Source: a virus
Lineage: Duplodnaviria > Caudoviricetes
Length of the DNA: 33,011 nt
Virus record (IMG/VR): IMGVR_UViG_3300037308_000710
Coordinates: 1-33,011 of that record
Direction: 5' to 3' (one strand)
The position numbers were made by a program, and so were the translations under genes. Numbering within the stretch: the first letter of the stretch is position 1; each line of letters begins with the position of its first letter. Below the pieces are notes generated by a model, which was not told the DNA's origin, did no database searches, and saw only the letters and a list, made by a program, of their open reading frames with translations. Of this stretch, positions 1 to 8,380 are shown one piece after another.

Positions 1-8
1 CTTCTCTG

Positions 9-341
9 TTCTTCTGAGCGTGCCCCAACTTTAATTTCCCCTTCGTCACGAACTTCCAGATCTACTCAAATCAGTTCTCCGGAGCGTGCCCCAACTTTGA
101 TTTCCCCAACGTCACGAACTTCCTGATCTTCTCAAATCAGTTCTCCGGAGCGTGCCCCAACTTTAATTTCCCCAACGTCACGACCTTCCGGATCTTCTCA
201 AATCAGTTCTCCGGAGCGTGCCCCAACTTTGATTTCCCCAACGTCACGAACTTCCTGATCTACTCAAATCAGTTCTCCGGAGCGTGCCCCAACTTTAATT
301 TCCCCAACGTCACGACCTTCCAGATCTACTCAAATCAGTTC
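9..341 (+). repeat. Five tandem 66-bp coding repeats
   Basis: Units at 9, 75, 141, 207 and 273; consensus ttctccggagcgtgccccaactttaatttccccaacgtcacgaacttccagatctactcaaatcag. Confidence 0.95.
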
Positions 342-617
342 AGTTCTATAGCGGCTGGTGCAATAGGATTTATCTCGGGGACTAGCAATCTCAAAGGGAT
401 CCTAATGTATTCTAATGTACTGCCACAAGCAGACGTTGACCGTGTACTCTCGGCATATCATTCGGGCCGGGCCTATTACGCAGGGCTGACAGGTGACTTA
501 TCGATGAGTTTAGCTGGCGGGAACGCGGCGCCCTCTGCAACCGGGCTAACTCATCGGCAAGAGATTATAAATGCTTTTACAGCGGCAGGAAGGACGGCGA
601 CAATTGGTGTAAGCTGA
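18..617 (+). CDS. 5'-partial leucine-rich-repeat protein (22-aa FSGACPNF[DN]FPNVT[NT]F[LRQ]I[FY]SNQ repeats plus C-terminal cap); possible phage receptor-binding protein
   Basis: Repeats starting at 75, 141, 207 and 273 read open and in frame into ORF 405..617 (FSSIAAGAIGFISGTSNLKGILMYSNVLPQADVDRVL). They fit LxxLxLxxNxFSG. A TGA at 15-17 lies in the degenerate first unit at the window edge. Confidence 0.75.
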   Translation, partial: ACPNFNFPFVTNFQIYSNQFSGACPNFDFPNVTNFLIFSNQFSGACPNFNFPNVTTFRIFSNQFSGACPNFDFPNVTNFLIYSNQFSGACPNFNFPNVTTFQIYSNQFSSIAAGAIGFISGTSNLKGILMYSNVLPQADVDRVLSAYHSGRAYYAGLTGDLSMSLAGGNAAPSATGLTHRQEIINAFTAAGRTATIGVS

Positions 618-885
618 GCGCCTTGATCAGATCCGCCTTCGACAGCAACCAATAGCTGGGGATCCTCTGCTCGGCGGCAAGCGCCTTGAGTTCGCGAGTC
701 GTGCGCAAAGCCAAGTCCGGCCTTGCAGCCAGAGACTCGATCCCGTCTGCCGCCTGCCGATAACGCTGCGCCAAAGCTCGCGCCAGCTCCAGCCTGAGCT
801 GCTGCCGCTGCTCGCCATCAAGCTGCACTCGCTCCAACGCCAAGTCGATCGCCGCCAATATGTCTTGCTCGTCTAGCATGCTCAT
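577..885 (-). CDS. Protein with C-terminal Rho_N-like (helix-extension-helix) nucleic-acid-binding domain
   Basis: TTRELKALAAEQRIPSYWLLSKADLIKAL fits the Rho N-terminal domain pattern. Confidence 0.65.
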   Translation of the reverse strand: MSMLDEQDILAAIDLALERVQLDGEQRQQLRLELARALAQRYRQAADGIESLAARPDLALRTTRELKALAAEQRIPSYWLLSKADLIKALSLHQLSPSFLPL

Positions 886-902
886 TCAGATCGCGATCTG
901 CC

Positions 903-930
903 AAAAAATTAGGCGGCTCTAATGGCCGCC
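903..930 (-). terminator. Possible intrinsic terminator
   Basis: Minus strand reads ggcggc-cattaga-gccgcc followed by taatttttt. Confidence 0.4.
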
Positions 931-993
931 AGGTAGTTTGTATCATAAACGCGCTTGCGCTTGTCTGAGGGTCTTCCAGATGCCTTCTAGAGG

Positions 994-1203
994 TTAGACC
1001 TCAGGAAGCCCGCTGCGCAATGCTTCTCGCAGGATAGCGATTTCGCGCGCGGTGATTTTGCCGTCTGAGATTGCTCGCACAAATTCTCGGGCGACATTGC
1101 CGGGTCGGGTCGGCAAGAAACGGGCGACGCAGAAGGAGACGATGGCGGCGACTCCGGCGTCGCCAAACAGATCAAAAAATCGTTGTAAAAAGGCGTCTGC
1201 CAT
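994..1203 (-). CDS. Small membrane protein, holin candidate
   Basis: 69 aa with one hydrophobic segment (AGVAAIVSFCVARFL) and DGKITARE tail; divergent from the endolysin. Confidence 0.45.
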   Translation of the reverse strand: MADAFLQRFFDLFGDAGVAAIVSFCVARFLPTRPGNVAREFVRAISDGKITAREIAILREALRSGLPEV

Positions 1204-1223
1204 GGCAGGGTTCCGTAATCAGT

Positions 1224-1237
1224 AGTTCAATTGTACT
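1224..1237. promoter_or_regulatory. LexA-like box (reverse strand AGTAC-aatt-GAACT)
   Basis: One mismatch to cyanobacterial SOS box RGTAC-N4-GTWCB; lies in the 53-bp gap between the divergent lysis genes. Confidence 0.4.
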
Positions 1238-1256
1238 AAGAACCGAGGGCTAAACT

Positions 1257-2420
1257 ATGGAACTACTAATGCGAAGAGATACGTTTTTTAAATCGCAGCC
1301 GCTACAGGCGAACGAACTAGCCGAAACCGATCGCCTGCTTGTCGAGCAGGGCCGCCGCTTCGAGATCGAGCATTGGGAGCAGGCGGAGGATCAACACCTG
1401 AAGGTGAGGGGCAATATCAACGGCTGGCTGGATGATTGGTTTGTGTTTGAGCCGCATGTGCAGGTGATCGAGAAACCAACCCGATTGACAACCTTGCAGC
1501 CGACCGTCTTTAAGGCGAGACCTCTGCAAGCCGGGCAGCTCGAAGAAGCCGAGCGCTGGAATGTTGCGGCGGGGCAGCAGTATGCGGTTGCAGCGCACTT
1601 GCCGTCGGCGAACAGTCACTTGCTGGTGCAGTTTACAGAGCCGGTTGGTGCAGCCCCAATTGGGCCGCGCGAGAGCTGGCATGTCTTTGCGCCGCATGTG
1701 CGGATCGAGGGTGAGCTGGTCAACCTGATGGCCGCAAACGACACGATTATCAAAGCCAGGCCAGAGATGAGCAGCCGGCTAGCGGCCCATGAAACGATTG
1801 TGCTGCGTAAGGGTACGGCGCTAGCGCTAGAGGCTTTTGAAGAGGCGTCTAACGGGCATTTAAAGCTGGTTTTTGCCAACCCGATCCAAGGGCGGCAGCA
1901 CTGGTATGCCTGGAAGCCGGACGTGAGTTTGCTCGGCAATGAACCCGACAACCAGCCCAAAAAGGAGGTGCCGCCACCGCAGCCTAAGGGGCCGAGCATT
2001 CAGCTGCCGGGCTATAGCAGCCTATTCTATCTGCGGGAATCGATTCTGCCGGGCGGGCATTTTACCTGGGGCGAGGCGACTAAAAACGGCTCTCGCCTGC
2101 CGACCAACCGGGCAGCGGCCGAGGGCATTCTGCGAATCGCCCAGGCGATGGAGCAGGTGCGAGAACGACTGGGCGGGCGAGCCATCACGGTTACCAGCTG
2201 GTATCGTGATCCGGCTACGAATCGGCGCGTCGGCGGCGCTAGCCGTTCTCGGCATCTAGTCGGTGATGCTGTCGACTTTGTTGTCCCCGGCATTCATCCC
2301 TATGATGTCTATGACCGGCTGGACAGCTGGTGGGGGCGGCGAGGCGGTCTAGCCAGCGCGACGGTATTCACCCATATCGACACCCGTGGTTACTATGCGA
2401 GGTGGAGCTATGGTTTCTAG
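1257..2420 (+). CDS. Endolysin: three N-terminal ~80-aa repeats plus C-terminal peptidase M15A (Zn D-Ala-D-Ala carboxypeptidase) domain
   Basis: SWYRDPATNRRVGGASRSRHLVGDAVDF...FTHIDTRG M15 motifs; repeats of the form T-x-FK-x-x-P...H...W-x-VF-x-PHV; Pro-rich linker. Confidence 0.85.
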   Translation: MELLMRRDTFFKSQPLQANELAETDRLLVEQGRRFEIEHWEQAEDQHLKVRGNINGWLDDWFVFEPHVQVIEKPTRLTTLQPTVFKARPLQAGQLEEAERWNVAAGQQYAVAAHLPSANSHLLVQFTEPVGAAPIGPRESWHVFAPHVRIEGELVNLMAANDTIIKARPEMSSRLAAHETIVLRKGTALALEAFEEASNGHLKLVFANPIQGRQHWYAWKPDVSLLGNEPDNQPKKEVPPPQPKGPSIQLPGYSSLFYLRESILPGGHFTWGEATKNGSRLPTNRAAAEGILRIAQAMEQVRERLGGRAITVTSWYRDPATNRRVGGASRSRHLVGDAVDFVVPGIHPYDVYDRLDSWWGRRGGLASATVFTHIDTRGYYARWSYGF

Positions 2421-2551
2421 GTGGCTGCGGTGCGTTCAGGGGATCTTAGCCGATTGGGCCGAGGCTATCGGGTGGCAGTTCAGCGCTTGGCTGTGCAAGG
2501 CGGGTGCCGAGAAGGCATGGCGACGACGGCTGTTGCTTGGGCGGCGAGCCG

Positions 2552-3034
2552 CTAGCCGTCCCAAGCGCCGACTAAGTAATCTTCGATCTCAGTCGTCGCT
2601 GCCTCAACAAAGGCCGGATCGTCGCCGAGGTTAAGATAGGGGCGAGGCGGCAGGGTAATGGTATACGCGCCGGCAACGCCCTGCCGCTCAATATCGCCAC
2701 CAAATTGGTGGATGCGCCCATAGACCAGGTTGGTGCCGACAACCACCTCTTCTCGGCTGGCGGCATAGGTAATGGATTTGAACAATACGCCTCGCTTTTG
2801 CAGGATCGCCGTCCTAAAGCCCTTCTTACGCTTGTACTCAAGGTAAGGGGGGCTTAACTCTTGCCAGGGGGTTCCGTCAGGCTCGCGCTGCTCGTCAAAG
2901 TAGCCGCGCACTGTCAGCAGGGCTAGCTCGCCCAGACTGGCGAAGAGGGGGCGAGTGTTCAGGACGGCGCGAAACAGTCGGTCCAGTGCCTGCTCCAGCT
3001 CAGCTGAGTCGATGTCGATGCGAACCCGGGTCAT
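2552..3034 (-). CDS. Phage virion morphogenesis protein (Mu gpG family)
   Basis: FDEQREPDGTPWQELS, GTNLVYGRIHQFGG and LPPRPYL motifs; position after MuF. Confidence 0.9.
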   Translation of the reverse strand: MTRVRIDIDSAELEQALDRLFRAVLNTRPLFASLGELALLTVRGYFDEQREPDGTPWQELSPPYLEYKRKKGFRTAILQKRGVLFKSITYAASREEVVVGTNLVYGRIHQFGGDIERQGVAGAYTITLPPRPYLNLGDDPAFVEAATTEIEDYLVGAWDG

Positions 3035-3324
3035 GTCAACGTCCCCGGAGGGATCCCGGCATCGTAGCTTGGCGCCTCGCCAAGGCGCTCGATCAAGCCA
3101 GGGTTGAATGACTTGTGCAGCGCTGCGTCCAAGTCTAGCGGCGTTGACGCGGAGGGGTCGAAGGCGTGACCGAACGCACCATAGGCACCGGACAGGCGAT
3201 TGCGCACGCCGCGAATATCGTCCGGTTCGCCCTGGTAGGTAATCGGCTGGTGGTCGTGCTCATTGTCGGCCTCAATTGTGAGCACGACGTCGTATAGGTT
3301 GACTAGATACTGATAAGTGACCAC
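3031..3324 (-). CDS. Hypothetical protein, candidate immunity protein for the MuF toxin domain
   Basis: 97 aa between muF (2-bp gap) and gpG (4-bp overlap). Confidence 0.55.
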   Translation of the reverse strand: MVTYQYLVNLYDVVLTIEADNEHDHQPITYQGEPDDIRGVRNRLSGAYGAFGHAFDPSASTPLDLDAALHKSFNPGLIERLGEAPSYDAGIPPGTLT

Positions 3325-3326
3325 GG

Positions 3327-5033
3327 TTAACCTCCAAGGAAGCCCAAAATCAAATCAAAATGCTGGCGATCGGCCTGGAATAGCCGGCGCATTAGATCGG
3401 GACGAACAAAGTGCTCCAACCCCATGCTAATCACTTCAGTTGAGCCGTTGGCATAGTATTTGCCAACATAAGGATCAACAAAATCATCAGGGTAGGCCGT
3501 CTCGCCGGCGTCGTAACCAGCACCTGGCGCTAGGACGCTCAGCGGTTGAGGCTGATTGCTGGTCGCTTTGCTGAGTATCCAAGCTCGCGCGGCGGCCTGG
3601 TAGGTGGTATCGCTGAATTCGACATGATGGCCAAACTCATGCCAGAGCGTTTTGATGTGGTAAGCCAGATCGCTATGTATGCCGACATTAATGCGACCGG
3701 CCAGCTCTCCCGGCTCGTAGGATGCCGGAGTCCCCGGCCGTGCTGCATAGGCGCGGTCTCGGGAGTAAACCAGCTTGCTCAGCGTGGTTACACGATTGCC
3801 GCTGATGGAATACAACTCCTGCAGCGCAGCGCGATAATCCGGCTCGGCGAAGGGCAGATTTGAGCCGAGCTGCACCGCTGCCGCGTTCACTTGCGCGGCG
3901 GACTGGTCCGCGCGGCTGATTACGGCCTGGCGAAGCCGCCCAAAGGCGCCATCCAACCGTTGCTCGCGTTCAGCCAGAGCGGCCGCCAGCTGTTCTCGCT
4001 GCGACTGTAGTGCCTTGATCTGGCGGCGCAGCTCTCGGTTGTTGTTGCCTTCACCCAGTTGCCGGAACCATTCGTCGTCTAGATCTCTGATCTCAGCGTC
4101 CAGCTCCCGAAGTCGCTGAGCATCGCCAGGGGACTGCGCAATCAAGCTATCAATCTCTGCAAGCTCTGCTGCATACTGATTGCGGCCACGCTCGGCAAAC
4201 TCTTGCCAGGTTTGCGGCGGCGGGGCAGGGGGAGCAGGCGCTGGGGTTGCGATTGGCGGCGGCGGGATATTTGCGAGAAACTGCTCAAGCTGCTGCCGCA
4301 GGTCGGGGTCTAATTTTTCCAGCGTTTGCCGCAGCACCTCTTCTCGGCGGTTCTCGCGGGCGACGCGTCCAGGTGCATAGTCGAAGCCGCGATCCGGCGA
4401 ATTGCGCACCCGTCGCACCTGGCCATTGCTGGGATCCACGACCTCGATCTCGGAGCCTACGCCGGGTGGTTCCTCTACTTGCAGGCCCAGCCGATCGAGA
4501 TCGCGCTGAGACAGTGCAAAGGTCGAGCAGCTGCAGCCGAATCCATTTGGCGGCAACCATTGATTCCAGAACGGACTATCCGCAGGGTAGACCTTGCCGT
4601 CGTGGGCGAGATGGCTGAGCCGAGGCTCGCGACTGCCGCCGTGGCGATACTGCCAATAGGGCTTCAGCCGCAGCAGGTCTGGGTCAGTCATTTGCTCGTA
4701 CCGGCCGGCGGCATAGCTCTGATAGATGTTTTGCCTATAAATCAATTGCGCCCGCCATTCGCGCCCACCGCGATGGTCCCAACCGTAGCGGTCTACGATG
4801 GCGCTGAAATCTTTCTTGAAGGTCTCGAAGCTGACGCCTTCGGCAATTGCCCGATCTGTGGCCGTGCGAATATCTTGCAGCAGCCCAGCGCTGGTCGCAC
4901 CGGCCGTTGTAAACGCGATATCATGGGCCTCGCCTAAGAGGTCGTCCCAGCGCTCAGTGGTGATATTGATCTTGCTCCGAAAGAAGGCAATCGCCTCCGC
5001 AAACGGCAGTGCTTCTCCTTCAACTGTCGGCAT
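3327..5033 (-). CDS. MuF (gp30) minor head protein with C-terminal HExxH metallopeptidase extension
   Basis: N-terminal MuF motifs (PYWQYRHGG, HLAHDGKVYPADSPFW, PPNGFGCSC, GFDYAPG); Pro linker; coiled coil; TLWHEFGHHVE...TEVISMGLE. Confidence 0.88.
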   Translation of the reverse strand: MPTVEGEALPFAEAIAFFRSKINITTERWDDLLGEAHDIAFTTAGATSAGLLQDIRTATDRAIAEGVSFETFKKDFSAIVDRYGWDHRGGREWRAQLIYRQNIYQSYAAGRYEQMTDPDLLRLKPYWQYRHGGSREPRLSHLAHDGKVYPADSPFWNQWLPPNGFGCSCSTFALSQRDLDRLGLQVEEPPGVGSEIEVVDPSNGQVRRVRNSPDRGFDYAPGRVARENRREEVLRQTLEKLDPDLRQQLEQFLANIPPPPIATPAPAPPAPPPQTWQEFAERGRNQYAAELAEIDSLIAQSPGDAQRLRELDAEIRDLDDEWFRQLGEGNNNRELRRQIKALQSQREQLAAALAEREQRLDGAFGRLRQAVISRADQSAAQVNAAAVQLGSNLPFAEPDYRAALQELYSISGNRVTTLSKLVYSRDRAYAARPGTPASYEPGELAGRINVGIHSDLAYHIKTLWHEFGHHVEFSDTTYQAAARAWILSKATSNQPQPLSVLAPGAGYDAGETAYPDDFVDPYVGKYYANGSTEVISMGLEHFVRPDLMRRLFQADRQHFDLILGFLGG

Positions 5034-6828
5034 TTTCGCTGCCCTCGTATTGGATTTCGGAGGCGCCCCCCAGGTAAGTCGCCATTAAACCGTCGTTAAA
5101 CAGCCTGGCAAACTCGGCCTTGTCTAGCTCGGGGTAGAGGTCGGCCAGCCTTGCTAAGAAGTCTTCATAGCTGCTAGAGCTTTCCAGTAGCGATTGGATC
5201 TGATCAACCCAGCCAGCGACGATTGGTCCAACCTGCTGAGCCATACGCCCCACACTACGCCTGGCATACTCGGTCGGCGGTAGCACGGCATTGTCAGGGG
5301 CAGCAAATTCAGCCGGTTCGATTGGCGGCAGCGGATCACTCAGGGTCGGGGCTGTGAACCCTGAAATGGGTGACAGCAGCGCCCGAGCACGCTCTTCTGA
5401 GACCGTTGGCAGTGCGATCTGAATCAACTGCACCGCCGATTCCATTGGCAACTGCCCAGCAACAGCAGTTTGCATGAGTTGTAATAAGGCCGCTAACTGA
5501 GCCCCGTTTAGGCTTGCGTCCTGTACGTCCACACCTGGGAGCAATCCAGAGGGCTCCAGGCCGCCAGGGTCGCCTTGCTGCCCTTCTGAGGCACCGGGCT
5601 GATCGATAAAGCCATCGCCGTAGGTATTTAGCACATACTCCGGCGTGGGGCGATACCCCCAGCCGACGATAATGTTATCGCGTTCGGCCTGGAGCTTGAG
5701 GTCGGGCTCGTCGTCCAGGCGGCGCCAGATCCTGGGGGCTGCTGCTCCAGGGAAATTCCACTCCGTCAGCCACCGCACCCAAGTCAGGTTGGCGCTGCCG
5801 TTGACCAGGTCGCTGTCGGACTTGATCAGCTCTGCGCGGACGTCAAACTGAATCTCTGCTTTGTACTGCCCGCCAACAGCTTCAGATGTCATCACCTGGC
5901 CCAGGATCGCCTTGGCGATCGCCCTGTCCCAGTACGCCGCGAACTGCTCATAGGTATCGGCGCGCTGGACGGCCTCCAGTAGATCTAGCTGCATGCCGTC
6001 AGGTATGGCCACGGCGGCGCCTTGCTGGACTGCGTCTGCTGCCTGCAGTAGGGTGGCGATCTCAGATGGCGATGCGCTGGGGCCGTGTTTGCCCATCGTC
6101 CTGGGTTTGGATGCTGTCTCTAGGTAGATGGACCAAAACTTAAGACCGTTGCGCTTAAACCAGACCGGCCAGTAAACAATCGGTGCCAGGCCGTTACCGG
6201 CATAGGGATCGTCGTCATCGACACCACCGCACTTAAAAATCCAAAATTTACGCGGATACTCGCGCTCGATTTCGATGCCGTAGGGATCTGTAAAGGTCAT
6301 TAGCCGAGCCCGGCCGTCTACGTCGAACCGAAACCGGCGTTGTTTGCGCACCTTGATCTGCTCGGGGTAAGTAAAGCGCCCATCCCTCGCCCACATAAAC
6401 TCGGCCACCGCAAAGCCCCAGAACCGTCCATAGAGCATCTTGTCGGTCAGGGCGTCAAAGCCGACCAGGCTTGGTTGCTCCAGCTGCTGCGGGCTAGGCT
6501 CGCTCAAGCTCGGCTCTGCGATAATTTCGCTGATAAAGTCAGCGGCAGCGCGATCGATTCGGCGATCGCCGCCGGCCACGACCTCATACTCTCGACTGAC
6601 GACGGCCAGCCTTCGCTGCTGAAAGGTGCTGAATACTTGATCGTCCCTGAGCAGTGCTTCGTAAATGCTCCAGTCCCAATTGGCATCACGCAGGTTTAGA
6701 TCGTCTGGGTAGTCTAGCTCGGCGATCCAGGGTTTGGTGATGTCGCGCTGGCGCGTGGCAATCTCGGGCAGCCGGCTGTATTGCGCTGGGGTGAGCTTAG
6801 CAAGGGGGCGTCTTTCGGAGCTATACAT
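5020..6828 (-). CDS. Portal protein (Mu gp29/DUF935)
   Basis: DDQVFSTFQQRRLAV, GFAVAEFMW, AIAKAILGQVMTS motifs; directly follows terminase. Confidence 0.9.
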   Translation of the reverse strand: MYSSERRPLAKLTPAQYSRLPEIATRQRDITKPWIAELDYPDDLNLRDANWDWSIYEALLRDDQVFSTFQQRRLAVVSREYEVVAGGDRRIDRAAADFISEIIAEPSLSEPSPQQLEQPSLVGFDALTDKMLYGRFWGFAVAEFMWARDGRFTYPEQIKVRKQRRFRFDVDGRARLMTFTDPYGIEIEREYPRKFWIFKCGGVDDDDPYAGNGLAPIVYWPVWFKRNGLKFWSIYLETASKPRTMGKHGPSASPSEIATLLQAADAVQQGAAVAIPDGMQLDLLEAVQRADTYEQFAAYWDRAIAKAILGQVMTSEAVGGQYKAEIQFDVRAELIKSDSDLVNGSANLTWVRWLTEWNFPGAAAPRIWRRLDDEPDLKLQAERDNIIVGWGYRPTPEYVLNTYGDGFIDQPGASEGQQGDPGGLEPSGLLPGVDVQDASLNGAQLAALLQLMQTAVAGQLPMESAVQLIQIALPTVSEERARALLSPISGFTAPTLSDPLPPIEPAEFAAPDNAVLPPTEYARRSVGRMAQQVGPIVAGWVDQIQSLLESSSSYEDFLARLADLYPELDKAEFARLFNDGLMATYLGGASEIQYEGSENADS

Positions 6829-8380
6829 AGCGGCGTCTCACGGCGTAGGAATTTTTGGGGGCAACTGCGGCAGGCGTCGTCCATGCGTCGCCGCTGAGGG
6901 GTCGCGCGGCGGCCTGATAGGTGATTGGCGCGCCTTCGTTTAGGCTGGCATACCACATTAAAACGCATGCTATGGCGGCATCGCCGTGCCGTTGTTTTTT
7001 GTCGGCGCCTTTATTCTTGCCATCTGGTACTACGGGGATGCCTTTGTCGATAACGACGACTGCGTGGTCATCCTTCCAGTCGGACGAGGGCGGCAACTGC
7101 AGTCGGCCATCTTCCATGCCGGCTTTATACCGTGGGAAGTGCTCGGCATACCACGGCCTGGACAGCATTACTTGGTGGATGCGGTTGCTGCCATATCGTT
7201 GCATAGTCAGCTCGGCTAGGTGCTGGCCGTTGCCGCGTGAGTCGTGAGCGCCTGAGCTTAGCCGATGGATGCGATCGCAAATCCACCATAGGATCTGCCG
7301 TTGCTGGTCGAAGGGTACATTGCGCAGCTCGACGCCGAGCATTGCTGCGCGAGTCAAGTTAGGCAGCACCTGAGAGAAATTGATGACAGACAAGTCGCCG
7401 GAGCGACCAAAGTCCATCCCATAAACTGTCTTTAGATCAGGATTTTGCAGGAAGGTCAGCAATGGCGCGACCGTATCCTCAAGCCAGTCGCCGGCATGCC
7501 CTTCGCGCACCTCGACTGACTGTGTCGCCCAGCCATCCGGACACTCATACGAGACGACCGGCGCACTGCCCTGCATCGCCTGCTCTATAAGTACAGACGG
7601 GAAATAGCGACCACCAGAGCGCTTAGGGATGCACCTCAGCTCCTCGTCCGCGTCGTCGCCGAACTCGGCGTAGGTCTGCTCGACAAACTCAGCCTCAGCT
7701 GCCGGACTCCACTGCCGCCCCGTCAGTAGGCACACGCGGCGAAAGAATCCTTGTGAGATCGCATCCTCAAAGGTAGTGAAATGGCGAGCATAGGGTAAAC
7801 GCCCGGCCAGTACGTCTTGCTCAAGCTGATAAAAGTCGTTGTCGATGCCGTTGTACGTGGTGATTAACCGCACCCGGCCGCCCCAAATCCTGAGAGCCTT
7901 AGCAGCCTTGAGCACCTCCGGCAGCAGATCATGAAACGCAGCCTCGTCAATTACCACATCCCCTTGTTTACCGCGCAAATTACGCGGAGTAGAACTCAGC
8001 GCCTCGACTCTGTAGCCCGAGTTAAAATGCACCCGAAACACGTTGATAGCTTTGTCCTCGTCGCCGTCCCTAAAGATCTCCTCAGTTTCTTCGACCTCAG
8101 AGCAGGCCATGCTGTAAGCCCGCCCCCATTCGCCGACAACCGCGATATAGTCTCGGGCCATGTCGCGCTCATAGCCCAGATAAAAAGTATTGCGGCCAGA
8201 TAGCTGAGCCGCCAATAGAGCAGCTCCGGCCGCATCGGCCCAGGTCACCCCGATCCGGCGCGACTTGGTATAAAGCTTGAGGCCAGATTCATCGGCGATC
8301 CAGCTCTGCTGGTACGGCAATAGCAAAGCCTCAGGCGTCTCGCCCAGCGCCGACTTAGGGATCTCTGTCGGCGTAATCAT
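6821..8380 (-). CDS. terL: Terminase large subunit (Mu gp28-like)
   Basis: LLPYQQSWI, KSRRIGVTW, VVIDEAAF, GMDFGRSGDLS and HGDAAIA motifs. Confidence 0.93.
   Translation of the reverse strand: MITPTEIPKSALGETPEALLLPYQQSWIADESGLKLYTKSRRIGVTWADAAGAALLAAQLSGRNTFYLGYERDMARDYIAVVGEWGRAYSMACSEVEETEEIFRDGDEDKAINVFRVHFNSGYRVEALSSTPRNLRGKQGDVVIDEAAFHDLLPEVLKAAKALRIWGGRVRLITTYNGIDNDFYQLEQDVLAGRLPYARHFTTFEDAISQGFFRRVCLLTGRQWSPAAEAEFVEQTYAEFGDDADEELRCIPKRSGGRYFPSVLIEQAMQGSAPVVSYECPDGWATQSVEVREGHAGDWLEDTVAPLLTFLQNPDLKTVYGMDFGRSGDLSVINFSQVLPNLTRAAMLGVELRNVPFDQQRQILWWICDRIHRLSSGAHDSRGNGQHLAELTMQRYGSNRIHQVMLSRPWYAEHFPRYKAGMEDGRLQLPPSSDWKDDHAVVVIDKGIPVVPDGKNKGADKKQRHGDAAIACVLMWYASLNEGAPITYQAAARPLSGDAWTTPAAVAPKNSYAVRRRYV

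Noticed and set aside
15-17. In-frame TGA implying the LRR gene is a pseudogene
   Set aside because: It lies in the first 20 bases, where several other deviations cluster, so it may be a contig-edge error; this cannot be decided from the window.
9-341. CRISPR array
   Set aside because: Units are contiguous 66-bp coding repeats with no unique spacers.
405-421. LexA-like gtattctaatgtact
   Set aside because: It is inside the LRR coding sequence and the left half-site is poor.
4326-4937. 203-aa + strand ORF and similar antisense ORFs (e.g. 9469..10125, 19520..20065, 24263..24862)
   Set aside because: Shadow frames of well-supported genes in GC-rich DNA, with no motifs of their own.
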